From the human T2T-CHM13v2.0 reference genome, Homo sapiens: DNA of 64,000 nt. The translations under genes were made by a program, and so were the position numbers. Location of the stretch: NCBI RefSeq assembly GCF_009914755.1, contig NC_060928.1. One strand, given 5' to 3'. How positions within the stretch are numbered: the first letter of the stretch is position 1; each line of letters opens with the position of its first letter. This document shows positions 26,110 through 47,924 of the stretch, one piece after another. Below the pieces are notes generated by a model that worked only from the letters and a program-made list of their open reading frames with translations, had not been told where the DNA came from and did not search any database.

Positions 26110-26330
26110 ATAATACTTCTGCTGGCTCCTTTCAGTGTTCAGTATTCCCACATGAATCTAAACACAACTCTGCTCTTAGTAGCTGTGTGACCCTGGGAAA
26201 GTCACTCAATCTCCCTCAGCTAAATTTTGTTGTGTGAGTAATGAGAAGAGAGTTGTGATTTGTATTTAGTGAGTAATAACAAACAAAAGGCATTTAGCTT
26301 TCTGGAACCTGGTATGTAGTAGATCCTCAT
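26110..26330. mobile_element. MIR
   Basis: Core tagctgtgtgaccctgggaaagtcactcaatctccctcagc. Confidence 0.6.
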
Positions 26331-29300
26331 GAAATACTAACTCTGTTGATAAAACTAGACTGAAAGAAGCTTTCAAAGTCAACAGCAGTATCATGCAGGG
26401 AAGGATGTAGATGAGAAGCTGCTGCTGCTGCTGCTGCAGCCTACAGCTCCTGGAGGCCCGTTTTGTCCATGATTTAGCAGGAATGCACTACCTTTCCATG
26501 AGGAGACACTGCCCACAGAAACCAAGGCCATTCTTTGAAGACAAACATGTTTTAATAGCCTTTACATTATGTAATAGTGTAATATAAATAATAATTTATT
26601 TACATTATTCTGTTATAACTTTTGTACAGAGCTTTACACCTAGATATTCTGAAGTTGGTGGTCTGTGAGTGGCATCAAGTGGTGAGTGACACACTCTGAC
26701 CTTGGGTAGAACAACACGTGCCCCTGCAGTTTGCTGAATTTCAGGGCATCACCACCTGTTTTCAAGAGTGTTTTTTCCTATCCTCTAGAGTTTTGCCCAC
26801 TTAAGCAATGGTTTTACTGTAATAAAGAATTACACTATTTATCAAAATATTACTTTGGAGAATACCGGTTCACATAGTTCATTTTCAAGTTTTCTTAAAC
26901 TATCAGGCCCATAACTAATGCCAGTGGCTCCAAGGATGAGAAGGTAAAAAGGCCTTTTTTTTGGGGGGGGGGGGGCCAAGGCAAAAAAACACCACATTTC
27001 AAACTTTACCGTCTCATGCTAGTCCCTGGAAAATTAGAAGTGAACACACTCCCCTCCCAGCCCAATCACAGCTAACGAATAACCAAGATCTCCTGCAGGT
27101 GCCTTTGCCTTGGCTTTGTGAGCCTGGAGTTGCTGGCTGGCACTGGGCAGCAGGCAGCAGAGCTGGTCCCATTTCTCCATGCTTTACCCACTCTTTGGGG
27201 GACACAGGCACATTGAACAACCTGGGTCCTGGCCTGGCGCTGGCTGGGAAGCTATTTGATGTCAGGCTGAATGTGGACTTCTGAGTTGAAAAGAGTATGG
27301 GTCACCCTGCCCCACTTACTCATTTTACCAAGAATGAAAATGGGGATCTATTCCAGACATGATAGTATACATTGTAAGGCTGTGCAAGCTTGCTGCACTT
27401 GTATCCACTCAGCACACACTTACTGAGTGCCAAGTGTCTCCAGCATGAAAGGCGCTCTAGTTCCCGGGGTCCCACCCTCCACAGAGGACAGCAGCACCTT
27501 GAGGGACGGAGGTGCAAAGAGCAAGGTGGGGGCTCTTCTGCTGGAGAGGCAGCTAGGGAGGGTCCTTAGAAGAAGTGACAGCTGAGTTCTTCTCTGAAGG
27601 GTGAAGCTGAATTACTTGAAGCTTAGGGTGATGGGGTGTCCAGGGAAGTGGAGCCTGTGAGCCAAAAGCATAATGACTTGTCCAGAGAAGTGTAACAAGT
27701 TCCATATTGTTTCTATGCCAAATCTGCACAAGAGTCACCACAGGAAAGAGCAGGATCCTGGAGCCAGGGCCTTGGATTTCATCTGCTGGCAATGGAAATG
27801 TTCACTGGGAATTTTGGGGGGCAAAACATGAAAATGTTTCCTCTTAGCTCCAATTCTCTGTCTCTCTGTCTCTTTCTGTCCCTCTGTCTCTCCTTTATCT
27901 TTAATTTTTGTATTATCCTAAGAAAACACAGATGTCTCAGACATGGGGATTAGCAGCCTGCCTCTTTCTGGATGACTTCAGGGGAGCACTTCAGCCTCTG
28001 TGAGCTTATTTACAATAATTCACAAATCTTGCCAAAAAAAAAAGTCATGGTAGCAGAGGTTAGAAAATCTCCTAGTGTTTCTTCTGACACTTTGAATTTA
28101 TGATTAATATGTTTAATCTTCATCTTCTGAAAAGTCACCAGTTACACAGTCAGGACCATAAAGGGAGTCTGTTTCTGTGGTTTGTGGCTTCAACAGTCAA
28201 AGGTTTTGCAGCAACAGCATTGCATGTGGGTTTTAGGCTGATGATGCTCAACAGTGGACAATTCTCTTCACCTGCCTGGGCCCCACTGCCCGCCCTTCCA
28301 AACAGTGCAGGGTCACAGCTGAGCTCTCTGAGACACCTCACAGGATCTCAGCTTCTAAACTATCAAGTGTCTTCTAGGTGAAGGCTTGGTCTCATAGCCT
28401 TTGTGGTTTCCTCCAGGTAACACTTGGTTTTCTGACCTAACCCTGGTATATGTGTGACACATGTGTGAATGTGCTCCCTGTGGCAGCGCTGAGGAAGGAC
28501 TCAGTCATCACAGATGCTGAAAGGCAAATGCAGTGTGCTTTTTTCCAACATCTCCAGTCTTGTATTATTTTTACCCATCAGCCCATTTGAAAAAGAAAAA
28601 AAAAAGCCTCCTGTTAGAATTAAATCCCCTCTGGAGATAATGAGTATTTTTTAAATCTTTCATTTTTTTTATATAGTCATGTTTGCTCCCAGTTCCTGCC
28701 AGGATCCACTAGAGGGCAGAGACACCTGTGTGTATTTGTGTAGCACTTGCTGAGTGGTAATAAAAACAGACACCCTGCCCTCCCGGAGCCAACCTCCAGT
28801 GCCAGGGCAAGCAGCAGCAAGTAAGAAAACCTTGGTTTCTGTATCTGCATCAGCTACACAGTGCTTGCACACAGGAGATATCAGCCAGTTTTCTCAGTTA
28901 AAGAGACAGAAACAAAATGTGTCCTCACTACTTTTTGAATTTACCATGTTATCTAATATTTTAACTTAATTGAATGAATAAACTCCCTATGCATCTGGAC
29001 ACATGCATGGAAAATTCACAAACATTTCAAACCAAAACAGAGTATTTTGCCAAAAGAAAATTTCTTAGATATGTGAAGTTCACTTTTTTCTTTTAGTGAT
29101 TTTAATGTAATGAAATTGAAAACTCTGTGCTTCTAAAAGACTTTTTAAGGAGCACGGTATTTTTCCATTTTGAAAAAAAATTGGCAAAATATCTTCTACT
29201 ATAGATAGAAGGTAATTGGCTGAGGGTAATAAACAGAAGATTAAAAAACAACCTTTATCCCCTGATATTCTGTCAAGGGCTACAGTGAATTACACACCCT

Positions 29301-29381
29301 GGCATGGGTTTGTACACCATGTGCTGGAAGCCAGCAGTCATGCAGGCCATGCTCTCCCACACTTAGAAAAGAAGCCCATAA

Positions 29382-31334
29382 TTTGAGATGACATGATTAT
29401 ATATTTAGAAAACCTCATCATCTCTGCCCAAAATCTCCTTACGCTGATAAGCAACTTCAGCAAAGTCTCAGGACACAAAATCAATGTGCAAAAATCACAA
29501 GCATTGTTATACACCAATAACAGACAAACAGAGAGCCAAATCATGAGTGAACTCCCATTCACAATTGCTTCAAAGAGAATAAAATACCTAGGAATCAAAC
29601 TTACAAGGGATGTGAAGGACTTCTTCAAGGAGAACTACAAACCACTGCTCGATGAAATAAAAGAGGACACAAACAAATGGAACAACATTCCATGCTCATG
29701 GATAGGAAGAATCAATATCATGAAAATGGCCATACTGCCCAAGGTAATTTATAGATTCAATGCCATTTGCATCAAGCTACCAATGAATTTCTTTGCAGAA
29801 TTGGAAAAAACTACTTTAAAGTTCATATGGAACCAAAAAAGAGCCTGCATTGCCAAGACAATCCTAAGCCAAAAGAACAAACCTGGAGGCATCACACTAC
29901 CTGAATTCGAACTATACTACAAGGCTACAGTAACAAAAACAGATTGGTATTGGTACCAAAACAGAGATATACACCAATGGAACAGAGCAGAGCCATCAGA
30001 AATAATACCACACATCTACAACCATGTGATCTTTGAGAAACCTGACAAAAACAAGCAATGGGGAAAGGATTCCCTATTTAATAAATGGTGCTTGGAAAAC
30101 TGGCTAGCCATACATAGAAAGCTGAAACTGGATCCCTTCCTTACACTTTATACAAAAATTAATTCAAGATGGATTAAAGACTTACATGTTAGACCTAAAA
30201 CCATAAAAACCCTAGAAGAAAACCTAGGCAATACCATTCAGGACATAGGCATGGGCAAGGACTTCATGCCTAAAACACCGAAAGCAATGGCAACAAAAGC
30301 CAAAATGCACAAATGGGATCTAATTAAACTAAAGAGCTTCTGCACAGAAAAAGAAACTACCATCAGAGTGAACAGGCAACCTACAGAATGGGAGAAAATT
30401 TTTGCAATCTACCCATCTGACAAAGGACTAATATCCAGAATCTACAAAGAACTCAAATTTATAAGAAATAAAACAAACAACCTCATCAAGAAGTGGGCAA
30501 AGGATATGAACAGACACTTCTCAAAAGAAGGCATTTTGTGCAGCCCACAGACACGTGAAAAAATGCTCATCACTGGCCATCAGAGAAATGCAAATCAAAA
30601 CCACAATGAGATACCATCTCACACCAGTTAGAATGGCGATCATTAAAAAGTCAGGAAACAACAAGTGCTGGAGAGGATGTGGAGAAATAGGAACACTTTT
30701 ACACTGTTGGTGGGACTGTAAACTAGTTCAACCATTGTAGAAGATGGTGTGGTGATTCCTCAAGGATCTAGAACTAGAAATACCATTTGACCCAGCCATC
30801 CCATTACTTGGTATATACCCAAAGGATTATAAATCATGCTGCTATAAAGACACATGCACACGTATGTTTATCGCAGTGCTATTCACAACAGCAAAGACTT
30901 GGAACCAACCCAAATGTCCATCAATGATAGACTGGATTAAGAAAATGTGGTACATATACACCATGGAATACTGTGCAGCCATAAAAAAGGATGAGTTCAT
31001 TTCCTTTGTAGGGGCATGGATGAAGCTGGAAACCATCATTCTCAGCAAACTATCACAAGCACAAGAAACCAAACACTGCATGTTCTCACTCATAGGTGGG
31101 AATTGAACAATGAGAACACTTGGACACAGGAAGGGGAACATCACACACCGGGGCCTGTTGTGGGGTGGGGGAAGGGGGGAGGGAAAGCATTAGGAGATAT
31201 ACCTAATGTAAATGACGAGGTAATGGGTGTAGCACACCAACATGGCACATGTATACATATGTAACAAACCTGCACGTTGTGCACATGTACCCTAGAACTT
31301 AAAGTATAATAATAAAAAAAAGAGTGAAAAAAAT
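29382..31334 (+). mobile_element. L1PA (L1PA5-like) 3' portion from the RT DDM motif to the poly-A
   Basis: 412-aa ORF2 fragment 29393-30631, later frameshifts, 3'UTR and A tail. Direct repeat AAAGAAGCCCAT at 29368-29379 and 31335-31346. Confidence 0.96.
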
Positions 31335-33651
31335 AAAGAAGCCCATGAGAAAGATCTCCATCAAGTTCACGCGGAATGAACTCCAGCAAGACCTGGAAAA
31401 TGCTCAGTTCCACAAAATATCTGCGTCCAAATACTTTGAGTGCACAGCTCTGGCATCAGGTTACTGTGAGGACAGACCCTGAGATGGATTTCTGGATGGA
31501 GGCTGCTGCTGGAGGAGACAATGTCACTGCAGATGGCTCATGCTGCTCCCATGCTGCAGGGGCCAGTGATTTGGGGCTCCCACCTGCTGTCCCGTTGGGG
31601 AACTGCGGAGATTCACCCCAGCTGGGTGGACTCTGCTGTGTCTCCTGTCAAGAATCTCCTCAGCTTACCTTGGTTTTTCCTTTTTAAATACTCTCTGGTG
31701 TTTTCCTCTCCAGTGGGGGCTGCATCTCACCTTAGAAGAAAAGATTTTCCAACTAGGGGCTGTCTTGGTAGCTGGTCCAGAAGAAGGTCTCCTCTCTCTG
31801 GAGTGAGGTCCAGCCAAGTAACTCCAGCCAGAACTCTCACTGAGTGCGGCTGGATCTGCCCTGCTCTCCTCCCATCCTCCTGTGGACTGTGGAAACCCAT
31901 CCATGCCCTATGCAAAGTCCTGCATCTCAGACTGTAAAATGGCAGAAGCTGAATTTAAAATAAATGATTATATTGACTCTATGAGGGAAACAGAGTTCTG
32001 AGGTAGGCAATTGGTAAGCAAGCAATTATGTGTAACTTGTTAGAACACTAGGGTGTTTTTTGTCTTACTGATTATTTTCTGGTTAACAGGCTGGCTAGGA
32101 GCCAGAGGGAGAGAAAGCTGGCTGGGAATTGAGAGGCATGAAGTCACCTCAGTCCCAACATTTCCATGTAAATGATGATGCGAGATGGGCTGGTGGCAGG
32201 AGTCCCTGGAAATCCTCACAATCTCAGCTTTTAACTTCTGTAAAATATTATGTCATTTATGATCTCTTTAACAAATAACTTTTTTTCTAATTATAAAAGT
32301 GTATATTCTCTTTGGAGGATCTTTGGTAAATATAAAATGAGTTATAAGAAAAAGAAAAATTCATAATTTTATCACTCAAATTTTGATAATTATATTCCTG
32401 CACTTTTAATGAAATGTAGAAATTTTAGATTATACTGTACATAAAATGTTTCTGTTTTTTCATCCAATATTGGATCATAAACGTCTTACATGGCATAAAC
32501 TATATATGTAAATCAACTATTTCCACACCTGGATGCTTGATTTAACCCTCCTTATACTGTTAGCCATTTAAATGATTTCTACTTTATCCTATGAATAACA
32601 CTTCCACCAGTTATTATTCTTATATATAACTCATTCAATCATTTCATAATCTTGTTGAGCATTTATTTATAATTTGGTTGCCTATTACCTGAGTGGATTG
32701 TGGTTATATGTTTATATGCTTATTCCAAATATAGTGCTAAGATTAGCATTAGAGACAGCAAAATATTTACAGGTTTTGAAACTAGAAGGAGCCAAACAAA
32801 TCCATGATCCAGCTCTGCATACTCTCACCCAGCCTTAGTTCTCTCACACAGAAAGTGAAGACAGTGCTATTTGCCTTGTGGCATTGCTGTGAACTTAAAG
32901 AAGGCACCGATTGTACACACAGCAGTGCGCAGACCGTGGAAGGCTGGGCTCCGACCAACTCTAAGGACAATCACCATCGGATGCCCCACGATCCTACTCT
33001 CAGGATGCCCATATGCCATATGCCATGTGAGTGTCACTCAGTGAACACATATTTGTTGATTATAAATTACTCCCATGCTGTTTTCTTTGTTTTACATGTT
33101 CACAAATCTGTAAAAACAAAGTTAGAATTATGAAATTAAAAGTTAACTAAAGGAGGAGATTTTCATTATCTCTGAAATGTAACCCCCCAAATCCAGATTA
33201 TAAAGCAAGGAAATGTCTTATGGCCCAACACTTGCCATCAATACTTTTTTTATGTTAGTGGGCAGGGGAGGGTAGTGAAAATGAAGGAATCAGAGCTCCG
33301 ATGGGTGCACATTGTCTTCCCTACAAATCCATTGCTTGTCCAGCCTTCCTTCCTCATTGGGGCTGCTCTATCCTTTTCCACACATTTGAACTGCTCCCCT
33401 GTAGGCCTTTCTCATTTGCTTTACTTCCTAGTCTGAATTCCATGGGACCCACATTTAAGGAGAGGGGAACAACTCTGGGACTGGAGGAAGTTCACCTTAT
33501 GAGTTATACCTGCCTCCTTCCTCTACAGTGAACGGTCTCTGGTGTCCCTGGGTGTTCAGTTTCTTTCCACTCATGTGTTACTGACTGTTCAGGTGGCAAA
33601 TGGCCCATGACCTTTATGGGATTAAAAAGAAAAAAAATAAAAAGCTGTGTT

Positions 33652-35250
<1,599 letters not shown>

Positions 35251-36786
35251 CAGAAAAGCTATTCCTAAGGCTTTGCCCAACATACCTTTAACTTTTGACC
35301 ATATCTTTCCCCTGGTCAATAGGCTCCAGGAAATGGGACAGGATGCTTGGAAATAAAGAGCTAACCCTGAGACAATGCAGGTGAACACAGACTAGCTGCT
35401 GCATAATAAGTAAACAAAATATGTGTCTTTCATTCAATATTAAACAATGATAGACTGAGTATTTAAGCATGTTACCATTACAGGTATGCAAGTGCCTAAC
35501 TATGACTTAAATTGTAGAGCCTCAGATTTTAGATCTGGAAGAGCCATGGGTTTTAATCCATGCTGGGAGAGGCTCAAGCTTACTCTGGAGAAACACATAG
35601 TTTGGGGAGGCTGGAGACCGAGGGGTGGGCTCCCATTCCCCAGGTCCTTCAATGAGTCTGATCGATTTTATAAATCAGTTATTGGAAAATGATTCAAACA
35701 ACTCAGCCCAATTCCCTATTATTTGGTCTAGGCCATCAGCCCTCAGGCTTCTTGCCACTGCAGCTGTGGGCTCCCACTCTCCACCTGCTCTCCTGCTCAG
35801 GTTGGGGCAGCCAAAGACCTTCTCTTCCTGGGGAGAGAGGTTAGGGAGGGACCATTTTTTGATTATTTGAGGGTGCGGTTCAGTTGTAAACAGTGTAAGT
35901 TTTAGAATTTGTGTTATTGTGATGGCAATGACCAACTGCAAAATATATCCCATTTGCCTTGTAATAACAAGAGCATGTACTTTACGCAATTGAAGTTTTT
36001 GGACCCTACTTATTTACTTTACTTTATTAAGAATAGTAACATTTGAGCAGAGAAGAGTTCTAATTTTGCATCAGAGTCAAAAGTGAAAATGAAAGGAACT
36101 GACCCATGAAGGAACAGGTGTGAGCTATTTACTTCATTCCTGCCCATCCTGGTTGATGTTGAGCTCTTGCCCTGCATCCCACTTTCAAATGTGGTGGATG
36201 CCTCACCTAGGAAAGGCCCTCACCACGCTGGCTTGCTCTGCTCACTAACTGTACTTACTTCTCTTAATCCCCTATGAACACTCTTTTCTAGGTTGGGTGT
36301 CTTTTCCGTAATAAAAAGGTATTGTTGCACCACTTATTCAGGGCTTTTTGGATGCCATGCTAAGCATTTCATAGTCATGAGCTCATTGTATAAACTACCC
36401 TTTATAACACTCCTATGAATTCATATTCCCATATGAATTGGCCTGAGGAAGTGGCATGCTGGAGAGATTAAGTAATTGAATGACAGCTTACAGTTAATTA
36501 CTGAGGGGATTTGGGTTTGGACATAGATCTGTGATTCAAACACTCATGTCTATAACCACAAGTGCTGCCACATCATTTGCATCAGGATTAAGAATCCCTG
36601 CTGGCAGGCCTGGGAAGACGCATTGTAACCAGATAAGAGGTAATTACCACATTTACTGAGTGGTGAGAACCACTGTACTGCCTTTCGGAGAATGCCAGGC
36701 GCCCCTGTGTTTGTCTCAGTGTCTCCAGCTTGAATTGCTTCACCCCTGGCTCTCAGCAATGCTGCTCCTCTCTCCTGCATGGATCA

Positions 36787-42107
<5,321 letters not shown>

Positions 42108-43567
42108 AGAAAACCATTTTTTACTCTTTTAAATGCTTCCTTCAAAGAACAAAGTTGTTTTTGGTGAAATACAATTTTTCCATTTTTTTCTTTAAGTTTC
42201 TGAATTACAATTAATTGGAATTTTAATCTACTGGTTACTGTGTTGGACAGCATGGGTCAGAAGAAGAGATGAAAAATAACAAAAAATTAATAAATGGTGA
42301 TAACAGTTGATAAAAAAGCAAGCATGACATTGATTTAGACAAATGTGGTTGTTGAGAGTGATTGTGGACCACTCTCCATTAGGGTGTTCAGGAAAGGCCT
42401 TTTTTAAGTGACCTGTAACTCATATCAGTGAAAAAGAACATGCTATAAAAAGATTCCACAAAGTGAGAGCATTAAGCTCAAAGGTCCTGAGGTAGGTGTG
42501 TTTGAGGAGCTGGTGTGTAGCTGCTGTATAAGAAGTCAACCTCCTTATTTTCAGGTACATTTATTATTATTTTAACCCCAAGCAGAATTGCCTAGCTGGG
42601 TCCCTCACCTTTACACAATAGTCATAGGATTTGACTGTTATCAAAAAGTAAATCCACTCTCAGAGGCCATAGATTTCCTATTACTGAGGTTCTTCAAAAG
42701 AATATGTAATCAATTTATATAGTAATTCCTAAAAATGAGATTCTAAAATATAGTAGCATGCAGATGAAGCATAGCTAATGCTTTAAATTATTCTGTAATA
42801 ATGCATTCCTGAGGATATCCAAATTTTCACAGAACAGTTTTAATGAAATGGAAGCACATACTGGAATCATTTTAGTTAGGGATGATTTGTATCAGACTAA
42901 AACACTCTGACCTTTTGGTTTCACATACTAATTGAAAACTCTTTAGGATGAATGTTGAAATAGGGAAGAGAGACTTACAGGCTCAGAAAGCTAGGGAAGT
43001 GAAAATAATTGTAAAACAGCTCTAACATTTTTAAATGTAGCAGCTGCTGTTGTGAACTTCATTCTGCCTTTTCTTTCTAATTCTCTGGGTCCAGATCTGT
43101 TTACACCACCTCCTGGTACAACACCCCTAAGAGCTGACTTTGGCAGTTGTGTATCTCTGTTACTGGGGCTTGAATTAAACATCTTAGTGAACAAACTTTA
43201 GCTTTACTCTTCAATACTGAAAAAAAAAATGTTATGCCCATGGTTAAACCAGTATCCTACTCAATCCTTCTGTGATGTTACTCACAAAATGAATTGCATA
43301 AAATCGGATACCTGAGATTGTTTTGGCTGGGAGGATCCTTGAATTATAAAGATTAAATTAGATTAATCAGGAATGACCTCTGTTACTCCTCATGGGGACA
43401 TTCAACTTCTGACTGAACTTTTTTTTTCCTTTAAAATTGGGGTAATAGCCCATATCCTCCACATCTCAGAAGGTTCATTTTTATTGGTCCAAAGGAAGTA
43501 TATGAAAACACTTCCAAAAAAAGTGTAGGTGTTATCAGTATATCATACCATGTGAGAGAAGGTGTAA

Positions 43568-43906
<339 letters not shown>

Positions 43907-44928
43907 ACAGGAGTTTGGTTTTTAAAAATTTAACACAAGAACATGTATATGCATTTGAATGTACACCAGCCTTTAAAGCAGTCACCATTGGAAGCCATAT
44001 ATACCAAATATCATGAGGGAGAAACTGGAACAAAAAGATGAGTTGGCTATAACTTACGGAAAAGTGAAGAAAATTTCAAAAACCTCTTTATGTGAATGCT
44101 CAACTATATTTAAAACACATCAATTCTATGAGGTAGGTATTAACCCTTTCTTACAGAAGAAGGAACTGAACCCCATCAAGGCTACACATAATAAGTGGCA
44201 GAGGTGAAATTTGAACCCAGATCTACCAACTCCAAGTTTCTTTTCAATTTGACTATAACTGCATTTGTGATTGCTTGTGACATAAGACATACGAGAGAGT
44301 AGATTTGAATTATGTATAAGCAGCTGAGAAAAATGCAATTGAGGGACTTTTCTGAATTGAGAAAAGGATGACATTCTTTGGAGAGCAGACTTTCTACCCT
44401 CGCCATCTATCATTGAATGTTATATTCATTGCTGCCACTAGTTAAATATTAGCTAGACATTGACTGGTAGTTACAGTCAATGACACAGTCACTGGCCTAA
44501 TTACTTTGGTGATTTTTATACCATGGTGTCTGACATTCCCAGGTGTTTTGTATAAGGCACACGTATTTCAAGAGCTCTTCAGCCAGGCCTAATCTCTATG
44601 CTGATGCCTCAGTCTTGCTTGCTGTTGGAAAGCTTGGCATATTCTCCAGACATAGTCAGAGGACTATATTTCAAAGCTATGTGTGGGTGCACTGAATTCT
44701 ATGCCTCAGATGATTCCACTGTGGAAAATGATGTGGAAACCCAGTTGAAACGCTCTCACTTCAGTTAACTTTTATATCACAAATCTTAAGTCTGGAAAAG
44801 GAAAACAAACTCTTGTGTCCATACTTATTCTTTCTTAAGACGTGAAAACAATAGTACATTTTAACATGGCTGAAGAAAAATTAATTTATGTGACTGTTTA
44901 TAGAATATAATATAGTTTTATAAGATAA

Positions 44929-45222
<294 letters not shown>

Positions 45223-45525
45223 AATATTTTACTTTTGTATACATCTAAAAAGTAATTATTAATTTTGAAGATTGAGTCTTCTAAGTTAAAATAGACAGTT
45301 GTAACTCATAGACAGAACGTTCACAACTCACAGATACCTAAATAGTGCAGTTTTTGCTTTTAGTTCTGAAATGAAGATTGTCATGAAGCAGCTTATCACT
45401 CTCTGTGCCTTCACCATTCTCCTGGGTTATGATTTGGTGAAAAGGCTGCGGGAAAAAATGTGGAACATGTTCAACAGATAGGGAGAAGTGAGAAAGCCGA
45501 TGGTACCTACAGAAATGAAATCCTT

Positions 45526-45830
<305 letters not shown>

Positions 45831-46249
45831 AGAAATCCTCTCCAATCAACAAATTAGGTGACTGAATTCTTTCACAATTCTTGCATTTCCATTCAGGACT
45901 TGGTGGCTATTCTTTTCAAAGTAGAGGCATGTTGTGCCTTATAGTACCACATACAACTTAACAAAAATATGTAGTTATAAAACTTGCCTTCCTGGAGGGT
46001 ATTTGTAGCTAAAAGTAAACTAGATTTCAACTTAGATTGCCAGTAAAACACATTATAAACTATAAAGTATTACAAAAATAGGTATATAATATTAAGGTTA
46101 CATGTGTATCTAAATCTTCCCTAAATCTGAATTTGTTTTATTTGACAAAGTCTATAAACAACCCCAGGACAATAAAAATTGTATCCTCAGAAAGTTTGTC
46201 CCAATCCCCTTTCATCCTATCCCCAGCTGCATCTGCCTACAAGTCCCCA

Positions 46250-46615
46250 GCCTGCCCAGGCTCTGTAGCTTCTATACACCTGTTCCATTTCCAACTGTTC
46301 CTGTGTTGTATATTTTATAACAAACTGTTATACACAAGTACAGTGTTTGGCTGAGTTCTGTGAGTATTTTAATCAAATTCTCAAACTTGAGAAAGGGGTT
46401 ATGGGAGTCCTCACTTCTTAGTAGCTCAGAAGTACGTATGGGTACCTGTGGTTTCTGACTGGCATCTGCAGTAAGAGCAGTGTTGTGGGACTAAGCTCTG
46501 GACTCTAGGGCCTGTGCTGACTTTGGTGGTGTGAGATTTAAAATGTTAAACAACTAGTTGGTGTTGGAGAATTGCTTTGTATTCCTCAAACTCTACAGAT
46601 GTAGTGTTAGAAGAA
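46250..46615 (+). mobile_element. MER21-like LTR fragment
   Basis: ctgagttctgtgagt...aaacttgagaaaggggttatgggag...ctggcatctgcagt pattern. A second diverged copy lies at ~53440-53790. Confidence 0.5.
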
Positions 46616-46622
46616 AGACATC

Positions 46623-46902
<280 letters not shown>

Positions 46903-46908
<6 letters not shown>

Positions 46909-47110
46909 GAAGAAGAAGAAGAAGGAGAAGAACAAAGAAGAAGAAGAAGAAGAAGAAGAACAAGAACAAGAAGAACAAGAACAAGAAGAACAAGAACAAG
47001 AAGAAGAAGAAGAAAGAAAAGAAGAAGAAAGAAGAAGGAAGAGGAAGAGGAAGAAGAACAAGAGGAAGAAGAAGAAGAAGAAGAAGAAGACGACGACGAC
47101 GACGACGACA
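46903..47110. repeat. Compound (GAA)n/(GAACAA)/(GAC)7 microsatellite
   Basis: About 205 bp with no T on the + strand, ending in 7 GAC units. Confidence 0.96.
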
Positions 47111-47924
47111 GGGGCCTGAGCTAGAGAAAGACTGGGTGTCTGGAGAAGAAAGGCTCTCTTCTCCTGTATATAGGCTGTCACACTGCACATTCTCCTGTGA
47201 TTTCAGTTCTTTTCCCCAGGTAAGAGGGGACTAAAAACTTCAGAACAGACCCCCTTAGCCTACAGCTACCATCACATACTTTTCACTCACTTATAAACAT
47301 ACTCCTAGGAGGTATTAATGTGGCCATGCCCCTCCCAGGAGTAAGTACCACCCTTAGGAATCCCATCACAGTGCCTTCTCTTCTAGTTTCTTGCCAAAAA
47401 CCTACACAAGTGCCTATAGGTCTCCTAGTATAATTCTACCCTCAGACACTGAATCTGCAACAGCAACCTGTTCTCTCCACCACCTGTTAATAATCTCAAC
47501 TGCCTGCACGGACACAGGAATAATTCTGAGTATAGCCCCTTCTAGACCATTATCTTTAACACAAACCAGTCTGTCCACCTACCTTTTACTGTCCTCCACT
47601 CATGGATTTTTGGTGGCTCCTTTCTGTTTTCTACATTTTTCCCCACAGTTTCTCTTTTACGTGTACACAGTGTGTCCAGGACCACCCATTAGATACCTAA
47701 ATCCAGTGTGTACTGAAATTCAGATGTCTGGAAGTTCAAGATCATGTCCTTAATCCAGCTGTTGCTTTTCTTTAAAAAGCATTTAGCCTACACGTACATT
47801 TTTGTTTGCTTTTTTGAAATACACACATATATATAAATTATTTTAACAGCTAAATAAAACTTACCTTTTTTTCTTTTTTTTGACTCAGGATTCTCTTTAT
47901 CTAGGACCTGAGAACCACCACTTT

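Noticed and set aside
26418-26437. (GCT)6 triplet run; also a G13 run at ~26963
   Set aside because: Short, non-coding simple repeats of ordinary length.
29393-30631. 412-aa L1 ORF2 fragment as a domesticated gene
   Set aside because: Expected residual open frame in a young L1PA. It lacks EN and most of RT and is frameshifted at the C-terminus.
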